In this document: positions 25,971-36,374 of the stretch, piece after piece
Layout of the letters: the number at the start of each line of letters is the position of its first letter
How positions within the stretch are numbered: position 1 is the stretch's first letter
Source of the DNA: Squalus acanthias
Taxonomy: Eukaryota
DNA length: 64,000 nucleotides
Direction of reading: 5' to 3'
Assembly: GCA_030390025.1 (NCBI GenBank)
Contig: CM059432.1
Location: 67,024,001 to 67,088,000, forward strand
The notes under the pieces: generated by a model
What the model was told of the DNA's origin: nothing
Seen by the model: only the letters and a program-made list of their open reading frames with translations
Databases searched by the model: none
Made by a program: the position numbers and the translations under genes

Positions 25971-28545
25971 CTAACAGTAAACAAGTAATTTGTCAATGAC
26001 TAAATCAGTACCACTAAAGCCAATTACAGAACTATTTGTTCCTTGAAAAATTTACTTTTTAAGCTTGGAGGGTGAAAAGCCTTTTCCAAGCTTCTCCATC
26101 ATAAACAACCCTAAGTGATCCATCAGCAGAAACTACTAGTTCAAACAATGACCATTCTTTTTCTTCCTCCTTCTCCAAAGTATGAAAATGGGCTGCTCAC
26201 TTCCAGAAGATGCTATACCTCAGACAGGCTCAACTGATATGTAGATTTAAACGTGATAAATCTATGACTTCAGGTGTGGCCTTCAATCAGGACAGAAATA
26301 CTTCTGTTAGATTACCTACCATAGGCATGGCTTTTCTTATTCTTTGAAAGAGGTTTGATGTTCACATACAATAGATTACTGTTATTCTAGAGATGGAAAA
26401 TCATCTAGGGGTCTCATCTCTCTAACACAATATATGCATAGAGCTGCCATTTTGTCAGGTGATATTCCCCCTCTGTTATACAGAAGGGCGCATTCTGCAT
26501 GAAGGCAGCAACAGCCCAAGAAAAAATAAACACACAATACAAAAACTGCTCCAAACAACATGTTAAAAGCAGAACTGAGGTAGTTCATAATTTTAGGTAT
26601 AGCCTTTCAGGGGGCAGCCAAAAACAAATTTATGCAAAATCGTGACACATACAGTTCCTAAACAAAGCTAGATCCAAGTAAACATTCTATCAGGTAAATC
26701 GAAAAATCTGCCCTTATGTTCTACACTCATTGTATATAGTTATAATATTATAACTGTTAGTTGAGGGGTCAAAGACAGAATCTATTTGGTTAGAATTAAG
26801 GAAGAGAGGAATTATTATGCTACTGGGTGTATACTATCGGCCACAGAATAGTGGGAAGGAGATAGAGGAGCAAATTTGCAGGCAAATTACAGAAAGATAC
26901 AAGAACTACAGAGAAGTGATAATGGGGGACTTCGATTATCCTAATAAAGACTGGGAAAGTAACAGTGTAAAGAACAAAGAGAGGGAGGAATTCCTGAAAT
27001 GTGTACAAGAAAACTTTCTTGACCAATGTGTTTCCAGCCCAACAAGGAAGGAAGCAGTGCTGGATCTAGTTCTGGGGAATGAAATGGAGCATGTTTCAGT
27101 GGGAGAGCATTTGGAGAACAGTGATCTTTATTTCATCAGGTTTAGAATAGTTAAGGAAAAGAATAAGGAACAATCAAGCATAAAAATACTTAACTGGAGG
27201 AAGGCTAACTTCACAGAGTTGAAAAGGGATCTGGCCAAGGTGGACTGGAATCAAAAATTGGGAGGCAAAACAGTAACTGAACAATGGGAGGCCTTCAAAG
27301 AGAAGATGGTTCACGTACAGAGTTGACACATTCCCAAGAGCGGGAAAGGAAGGACATCCAAAGCTAGAGCTCCCTGGATGACTAAAGATGTAGAGGTTAA
27401 AATGAGACAGAAAAAGGAAGCTTATGACAAATGTATGGTTCATAATACAGTAGAGAACCAAGCTGAATATAGAAAGTACAGAGGAGATCTAAAAAAGGGG
27501 AATAAGAGGGGCAAAGAGGAGAGTATGAGAATAGATTAGTGAGTAACATAAAAGGGAACTCAAAAGTCTTTTATAAACACAAATAAAAGGGTAGTCAAAG
27601 GGCCAATTAGGGACCAAAAAGAAGATATTCTTGTGGAGGCAGAGGGCATGGCTGAGGTACTAAATGAGTACTTTGCAACTGTCTTCACTAGAGAAGAGGA
27701 TATTGCCAATACAGCAGTAAAGGAGGAGGCAGTAGCAATATTGGATAGGATAAAAATAGATAAAGAGGAGGTACTTAAAAGGTTGGCAGTCGTCAAAGTA
27801 GAAAAGTCACGTGGTCCAGATGGGATGCATCCTAGGTTACGGAGGGAAGTAAGGATGGAAATTGTGGAGGCTTTGGCCATAACTTTCCAATCTTCCTTGA
27901 ATTTGGGGATGGTGCCAGAGGATTGCAAATGTTACACCCCTGTTTAAAAAAGGAGAGGGGGATAAACCCAGCAAATATAGGCCAGTCAGCCTAACGTCAG
28001 TGGTAGGAAACTTTTAAAGACAATAATCTGGGACAAAATTAATTGGCATTTGGAAAAGTATGGGCTAATAAATGAAAGTCAGCATGGATTTATTAAAGAC
28101 AAATAGTGTTTGACTAACTTGATTGAGTTATTTGATGAAGTGACGGAGAGGGTTGATGAAGGTAGTGTAGTTGGTGTATATGGACTTTCAAAAGACATTT
28201 GACAAAGTACCACATAATAGACTTGTTTGCAAAATTAAAGCCCATGGGATTAAAGGGACAGTGGCAGCATGGATACAAAATTGGATATAAGGGACAGAAA
28301 GCAGAGAGTTGTGAAGTTGTTTTTCAGACTGGAGAGAGGTATACAGTGGTATTCCTCAGGGGTCAGTATTAGGACCACTGCTCTTTTTGATATATATTTC
28401 TGAACTGGACTTGGATATACAGGGTATAATTTCAAAGTTTGCAGATGACACAAAAGTCAAAAATGCAGTAAACAATGAGGAGGATAGTAACAGACTTCAG
28501 GAGGACATAGACAGGCAGGTGAAATGGGCCGACACATGGCAGATG

Positions 28546-29904
28546 GATTTGCGGAGGGTAGATCGTGCTTGACTGATCTGCTGGAGTTTTTTGGGGATGT
28601 GGCTGGTGGGGTGGATAGGGGAGGGCCGGTGGATGTGGTGTATTTGGACTTGAGGGGCTTACGATGGGGGTCCCGCATAGGAGATTGGCGTGTAGGGTTG
28701 GGGCACATGGGATTGGGGGCGGGGTACTGACTTGGATGGGGAACTGGTTGGCAGACAGAGGGCAGGGAGTTGGAATGGACGGGTCTTTTTCCGGGTGGCG
28801 GGCGGTGGCTGGTGGGGTGCTGCGGGGATCGGTCCATGGACCCCAGCTATTCACAATGTGTGTTAGTGATCTGGACGGGGGAACTGGATGTGATGTCTCC
28901 GGGTTTGCGGATGACGCAGGGCTGGGTGGGCGTGTGCGCTGTGAGGAAGATGCCGAGAAACTCCAGGATGATTTGGACGGGTTGGGTGATTGGCCGGAAG
29001 CATGGCGGATGCAATGTAGCGTGGATAGATGCGGGGTTGTCCACTTTGGTGTCAGAAGCGGGAAGACAGATTATTGTCTGAATGGCGATAGATTGGGAGA
29101 GGGGGAGGTGCAACGAGACCTGGGTGTCCTTGTGCACCAGTCGCTGGGGGTGGGCATGCAGGTGCAGCAGGCGGTTGGGGGGGCGGGTGGTATGTTGGCG
29201 TCCGTAGCGAGAGGGTTTGGGTACAGGAACGGGGATGTCTTGCTGCAGTTGTGCGGGGCCTTGGTGGGACCGCATCTTGGGTTGTGTGCGCAGTTTTGGT
29301 CGCCTTATCTGGGGAGGGAGGTTCTTGCCATGGAGGGGGTTCGGCGAAGATTCACCGGGCTGATGGCGGGAGTGACATGTGGGGAGAGATTGGGCTTATG
29401 CTCGCTGGAGTTTGGGGGGGGGGGGGGGGGGGTGAGAGGGGATCTCATTTAAGCTTATAAAATTCTGCCAGGACTGGACGCAGGAGTGATATTCCCGATG
29501 GTCGGGGGGTCCGGAACCAGGGGACACGGTCTAGGGATGGGGGGTAGGCTGTTTAGGGCGGGGATGGGGAGGAATTTCTTCACCCAGGGGGTGGTGAACC
29601 TGTGGAATTCTCTACCACAGAGGGCGGTGGAGGCCAATTCATTGAATGTATTCAGGAAGGAGTTGGATATATTTCTTAAGGCTAGAGGGATCAAGGGATA
29701 TGGGGAGAAAGCAGGGACAGGGTTCTGAATTTGGATGATCGGCCATGGTCGCGTTGAGTGGCGGAGCGGGCTGGAGGGGCCGAGTGGCTTACTCCTGCTC
29801 CTATCTTCTATGTAATTGGATAGCACCTTCAAAGAGCCTGCACAGGCATGATGGGCCGAATTCACTCCTTCTGTACTGTCAGAATCTATAATTTTTTTAT
29901 TTTT
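28546..29904 (+). mobile_element. 5'-truncated CR1 copy with A-to-G hypermutation, followed by a second CR1-type 3' tail
   Basis: RT-to-3'UTR homology with neighbouring CR1s but with many A replaced by G; possible TSD AGATG (28541-28545 and 29905-29909). Confidence 0.92.
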
Positions 29905-30149
29905 AGATGAAATTTAACAGATATGTGAAGTGATAAAATTTGGTAGGAGGAATGAGGAGAGGCAATATGAACTAAATGCTACAATTTTAAAGGGGGCGCT
30001 GGAATAGAGAGACCTGGGAATGTATGTTCACAAATCTTTGAAGGTGGCAGGACAAGTTGAAAAGGCGTTTTATTAAAAATCATATGGGATCCTTAGCTTT
30101 AAGCGAGAAAGGCTCTACGAGAAGGGTGAACCATCCGTGGCTAACTAAG

Positions 30150-31830
30150 AACATAAGAACATAAGAAATAGGAGCAGGAGTAGGCCAATCGGCCCCTCGA
30201 GCCTGCTCCGCCATTCAATAAGATCATGGCTGATCTGATCCTAACCGCCAATCTACTATCTATCACAGAACCATCTCCTGCATCTAACAGAATTGCACAC
30301 ACGAAATAGGAGCAGAATCAGGCTACACAGTCCCTGGGCCCGCTCCACTACCCACAGGGCCATGACCGATCCGAACCTAGACTCATGTCCAAATTCCTGC
30401 CCGCTCCCCGTAACCCTTAATGCCCTTTACTTCTAGGAAACTGTCTATTTCTGTTTTAAATTTAATTAATGTTGTAGCTTCTACAGCTTTTTGTGGCAGC
30501 ATATTCCATGGACCTACCACCCTCTGAGTGAAGTAGTTCCTCCTCATCTCAGTTTTGAAAGAGCAGCCCCTTATTCTAAGACTATGTCCCCTAGTTCTCG
30601 TCTCACCCGTCATCGGGAACATCCTCCCCGCATCCACCCGATCCAACCCCTTCACAATCTTATGTTTCAATAAGATCGCCTCTCATTCTTCTGAACTCCA
30701 ATGAGTAGAGTCCCAATCTACCCAACCTCTCCTCATATGACCACCCCCTCATCCCCGGGATTAACCGAGTGAACCTTTTTTGCACTGCCTCGAGAGCAAG
30801 GATGTCTTTCCTTAAGTAAGGACACCAAAACTGTATGCAGTATTCCAGGTGCGGTCTCACCAATACCTTGTACAACTGAAGCAATACCTCCCTATTTTTA
30901 TATTCTATCCCCCTAGCAATGAAAGCCAACATTCCATTTGCCTTCTTAATCACTTGCTGCACCTGCATACTAACCTTTTGAGTTTCGTTCACCAGGACCC
31001 CCAGATCCCTTTGCACTTCAGTACTCTCCAGTTTCTTGCCATTAAGATAATAAATTGCTCTAGGATTTTTCCTGCCAAAGTGCATCACCTCACACTTTCC
31101 AGTGTTGTATTCCATCTGCCAAATCTCTGCCCACTTACTTAGCCTGTCTATGTCCCCTTGCAGGTTTTTTATGTCCTCCTCACTCACTACTTTCCCTCCC
31201 ATCTTTGTATCATCTGCAAATTTTGATATGTTACACTTGGTCCCTTCCTCCAAATCGTTAATATAGATTGTGAAGAGTTGGGGACCCAGCACTGACCCCT
31301 GTGGAACACCACTAGTTACTGATTGCCAGTCTGAGAATGAACCATTTATCCCAACTCTTTGCTTTCTGTTAGATAGCCAATCCTCTATCCATGCCAGAAT
31401 ATTACCCCCAATCCCGTGATTTTTTACCTTAAGCAATAATCTTTTGTGTGGCACCTTGTCAAATGCCTTTTGGAAGTCTAAATACACTACGTCCACTGGT
31501 TCCCCTTTATCCACTCTATATGTTACTTCCTCAAAGAACTCCAGCAAATTTGTCAAACATGACTTCCCCTTCGTAAAACCATGCTGACTTTGTCCTATTA
31601 AATTATGATTATCCAAATGTCCTGTTACTGTTTCCTTAATAATGGACTCCAAAATTTTACCTACCACAGATGTTAGGCTAACCGGTCTATAGTTACCAGC
31701 CTTCTGTCTACTGCCCTTTTTAAATAAGGGTGTTACATTAGCAGTTTTCCAGTCTGCCGGGACCTTAGCGGAATCCAGGGAGTTTTGAAAAATTATTACC
31801 AATGCATCTACAATCCCTACCGCCACTTCG
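30150..31830 (-). mobile_element. Young 5'-truncated CR1 LINE in antisense orientation with an open RT frame
   Basis: Minus ORF 30660-31925 has an uninterrupted RT ([34 protein letters not shown]); 3' tail (TTCTTATG)n at 30150-30165. Confidence 0.95.
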
Positions 31831-33450
31831 AAGATAAGGAGGGTATCAAATTGAAAGAAAAGGCATACAATGTTGCGAAGAGTAGTGGTAGGCCAGAGGA
31901 TTGGGAAATTTTTAGAAACCAGCAAAGGATGTCTAAAAAAATTATAAAGAGGGAGAAGATAGAGTATGAGAGTAAACTAGCAAATAATATAAAAAGTCAG
32001 CAAGAGCTTCTACAGGTATATACAAAGGAAGAGAGTAGCTAAAGTAAACATTGGTCCCTTAGAGGATGAGACTGGGGAATTAATAATGGGAAATGGCAGA
32101 GACTCTAAACAATTATTTTGGATTGGTCTTCACGGTTGAAGAGACTAAAAACATCCCAATAATAATTGATAATCAAGGGGCTATAGGGAGGGAGGAACTT
32201 AAAACATTCACTATCACTAGAGAAAAAGTACTAGGCAAACTAATGGGGCTAAAGGCTGACAAGTCCCCTGGACCTGATGGCCTGCATTCTAAGGTCTTAA
32301 AAGAAGTGGCTGCAGAGATAGTGGATGCATTAGTTGTAATCTACCAAAATTCCCTGGATTCTGGAGAGGTCCCAGTGGATTGGAAAACCACAAATGTAAT
32401 GCGACTATTCAAGAAAGGAGGGAGACAGAAAGCAGGAAACTATAAGCCAGTTAGCCTAACATCTGTCATTGGGAAAATGCTGGAATCCATTATTAAGGAG
32501 GTAATAGCAGGACATTTAGAAAAACATGAGACAATCAAGCAGAGTCAACATGGTTTTATGAAAGGGAAATTGTGTTTGACAAATCTGCTAGAGTTCTTTG
32601 AGGATGTAACAAACAGGGTGGATAAAGGGGAACCAGTAGATGTAGTATATATTTGGATTTCCAGAAGGCATTCGATAAAGGTGCCACATAAAAGGTTACT
32701 GCACAAGATAAAAGTGCACGGGGTTGGGGGTAATATATTGGCATGGATAGGGGAGTGGCTAACTAACAGAAAACAGAGAGTCGGGATAAATGGGTCATTT
32801 TCCGGTTGGCAACCAGTAACTAGTGGGGTGCCACAGGGATCAGTGTTGGGATCTCAACTATTTACAATCTATATTAATGACTTGAATGAAGGGACCGAGT
32901 GTACTGTAGCCAAATTTGCTGATGATACAAAGATAGGTGGGTTAACAAGTTGTGAGGAGGACACAAAGAGTCTGCAAAGGAATATAGATAGGTTAAGTGA
33001 GTGGGCAAAAATTTGGCAGATGGAGTATAATGTGGGAAAATGTGAGGTTATCCACTTTGGAAGGAAGAATGAAAAAGCAAATTATTATTTAAATGGTATG
33101 AGACTACAAAATGCTGCGGTACAAAGGGATCTGGGGGTCCTAGTACATGAAACACAAAAAGTTAGCATGCAGGTACAGCAAGTAATTAGGAAGGGTAATG
33201 GAATGTTGGCCTTTATTGCAAGGGGTATGGAGTATAAAAGTAGGGACGTTTTGATGCAACATTACAGGGCGCTGGTGAGACCGCACCTGGAGTACTGCGT
33301 ACAGTTTTGGTCTCCATATTTAAGGAAGGATATACTTGCATTGGAGGCAGTGCAGAGAAGGTTCACTAGGTTGATTCCTGGGATGACATATGACAAAAGG
33401 TTGAGCCTATACTCATTGCAGTTTAGAAGAATGAGAGGTGATCTTATCAT

Positions 33451-33762
33451 GGGGGCAACACGGTGGCATAGTGGTTAGCACTGTTGCCTCACAGCGCCAG
33501 GGACCCGGGTTCGAATCCGGCCACGGGTGACTGTCTGTGTGGAGTTTGCACATTCTCCCCGTGTCTGCGTGGATTTCCTCCGGGTGCTCCGGTTTCCTCC
33601 CACAGTCCAAAGATGTGCGGGTTAGGTTGATTTGGCTATGATAAATTGACCCTTAGTGTTAGGGGGGATTAAATACGTGGGGTTACGGGGATAGGGTGGG
33701 ATATGTGTTGGTGCAGGCTCGATGGGCCGAAATGGCCTCTATCTGCACTGTGGGGATTCTGT
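33451..33762 (+). mobile_element. HE1-type V-SINE (tRNA head, V domain, CR1-derived tail)
   Basis: GGTGGCATAGTGGTTAGCACTG...GGTTCGAATCC A/B boxes; V domain GTGTGGAGTTTGCACATTCTCCCCGTGTCTGCGTGG..TCCGGTTTCCTCCCACAGTCCAAAG; tail GATGGGCCGAAATGGCCT; interrupts a CR1. Confidence 0.9.
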
Positions 33763-36374
33763 GAAACATAAGATTCTAAGGGGGATTGACAGGGTGGATG
33801 CCTGAGAGGATGTTTCCCCTAGTGGGGATGTCTAGAACTAGGGGGCATAGTTTCAGAATAAGGGGTCGCCCATTTAAGACGGAGATGAGGAGGAATTTCT
33901 TCTCAGAGGGTCGTGAATCTATGGAATTCTCTACCCCAGAGAGCTGTGGAGGCGGAGTCATTGAATATATTCAAGGCGGAGATTGAGACATTTGAACTAC
34001 AAGGGAGTCAAGGGGTATGGGGAGAGAGCGGGAAAGTGGTGTTGAGGCCAAGATTGGATCAGCCATGATCTTAGTGAATGGCGGAGCAGGCTCGAGGGGC
34101 CGATTGGCCTACTCCTGCTTCTTCTATTATGTTTAATAATTGAGGAATAGAGTACAAAAGCAAGGAAGCTATGCTAACCTTTCATAAAACACTCGTTTGG
34201 CATCAGCTAGAGTGTTGTGTTCAATTCTGGTCACCACACTTTAGGAAGGATGACAAAGCCTTAGAGAGGGTGTAGAAGAGATTTACTAAAATGGTACCAG
34301 GGATGAGGGACTTCAGTTATTAGGAGACAGTGGAGGAGCTGGGGTTGTTCTCCTTAGAATAGAGAGATTAAGGGGAAATTTGATAGACGTGTTCAAAACC
34401 ATGAACGAGTTTGAGTAAATAAAGAGAAACCGTTTCTAGTAGCAGAAGGGCCGGTAACCAGAGGAGACAGATTTTACACAGAGTTGTTGTGATCGGGAAT
34501 GCACTGTCTGAAAGGATGGTGGAAGCCGATTCAATAGTAACATTCAAAAGAGAATTGGATAAATACTCAAAGGGAAACAATCTGCAGGGCTATGAGGAAA
34601 GAGCAGGAGATTGGGACTAATTGACTAGCGCTACCAAAGAGCCAGCACAGGCATGATGGGCCAAATGGCCTCCTCCTGTGCTGCATCATTCGATGATTAA
34701 CATTATATATATTTATGTGTTTAAGCTGCAGTACCTTTTTCTGCACTGCTACTAGTTCAAAACAGAATTTTATACAGGTAAATGCTTAAGAGTTAGTTAT
34801 CATGCTGCGACACTATTGATAAATACAGATGGCATATATCTTGAGAGAAGTATTAGATAGTATAATTCTCATCTGAATCCCAAGATAAGGCTACTGGCTG
34901 GCAATTTACTAAAATCTATTGTTATCACTAACATTTTGTGTTTTACTTTTTTTTTGTGCATGGCCATTTTCAAAGATTTTCAAAACTGAAGTGCAATTGA
35001 AAGACATGTAGGCTAGTCTACTGCTTTGCGATGCAAATTCTGCAGACAAGAAATTCCAGGTAATCACATTATGCAGCTGTACAATACACAGGTCACCTGA
35101 TTCAGAACAGCTTTTTCTACTAAAGAGTAAAACCTGCCAACTTATTTTTACAAAAAGAAAAACATTGTTACATTAAAGTGCATTTTGTTTGCCTTCATTT
35201 GAAATATTCTCACAAAGTAGAGATAAATCAGCATTAATGATAGGAATAAAACACTTCTACAAGGCAGACATATAGATAGAGCTTCAAACTACATCGACAA
35301 GGTAGTGATTAACTCTGGATTACTTCTCAAGTTATTGTATTAGCAGCTGAAGACCCTACTTATTGACAAGAACATTTATTGTAGCATTCCAGGTTATATT
35401 TTATGTAAGCCTTTAAGATACGCTACTACACCCACTCTTCACTTCTCATTTTACCTCTGTATTCCCCAAATACTGGGATTTATCTGCTTAAAAAAAACAA
35501 ACACATTTCATACAATTTTTGTAAACTATCACAGCAGCACCTCGATGGAACACAAATTATTTCTTGAAAGACCTATAAAAAGAGGTGTAAATTAGCAATG
35601 AAATCCTGAACGCTTTAAGTTACTAACTTTAAATATATTTAGTTATATTTTCTTCCTTTTTTGATGGAGATGTGAATAATACATCAGAAATATTAAAGTA
35701 AACTAATGTATGTGCCTCATTTATAAACTACTGTACATGCCAAACATCGTACAGTGGTCCATTATGTATTGCAAATTCAATATACAACACAGGAGCTGCT
35801 TAGAATTGAGCATCATTGATAACATTGGAGATATATATATAAATATAAAATGAACTGATAATTCTAATTTCCAATAAAACAGATTTATTGTTAAAGAGAG
35901 AGAGAAAGATCAGAGTAAAGGATTTTTTTTAAATGACTACTATAAATGTTTTGAATGTCTTTTTATGGAATAACTAATAACCCTGCATATTTAATGCTAA
36001 AACAGGGGATCTAACAGTCCTAGGGGTAGAAATTAGGTCGCGCCCCATTTGGGGCGCAAATATCGTCCGCGCGCAAATATTAGCGCCTGGCGCTAATTAT
36101 CGGCACTGACAGGAAACTTCACTTTTACCGCCCCGGGAGGTGAGTGGAGCGCTAAATTAGGCGCTGCACACCTCTCTTAAGGCGCAAAGGCCTAGGAGTG
36201 AGGCGCTACCTCAGCGCACGAGCGCAGCTGCTGCCAGTTAGCGAGGGAACACAGACACACTGGCGCCGGACACTTCTTAAAGCGGGGGGGGCCACTTGCT
36301 CCCCAGCCACACCCTGCTCATTGCAGCCTTGAATCTCAGCCTGGAGAGACCTGAAATCCATTTTGCTGCCAAGC

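Larger units (their letters stand above)
30102..34133 (+). mobile_element. Younger CR1 LINE nested in the outer CR1; pieces 30102-30149, 31831-33448 and 33763-34133
   Basis: ORF 32093-33478 is a largely intact RT (KSPGPDGLH, NYKPVSLTS, PQGSVLG, KFADDTK, RPHLEYC); the 3' UTR ends in a short tail. Confidence 0.92.
26765..34700 (+). mobile_element. Outer (oldest) CR1 LINE of a nested cluster; pieces 26765-28545, 29905-30101 and 34135-34700
   Basis: Endonuclease (GVYYRP, MGDFDYP, LDLVLGNE) and RT motifs; the sequence resumes collinearly after each insertion. Confidence 0.88.

Noticed and set aside
28432..29865. Pro/His-rich minus-strand ORFs as novel genes
   Set aside because: By-products of A-to-G hypermutation removing stop codons in a CR1 copy.
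30260..30760. Second hyper-edited CR1 (T-to-C on plus strand)
   Set aside because: Some C-rich differences exist, but substitutions are mixed and the RT protein is consensus-like; better explained as subfamily divergence.
33451..33530. tRNA genes here and at 58224-58295
   Set aside because: tRNA-like A/B boxes continue directly into SINE bodies and LINE-derived tails; no complete cloverleaf.
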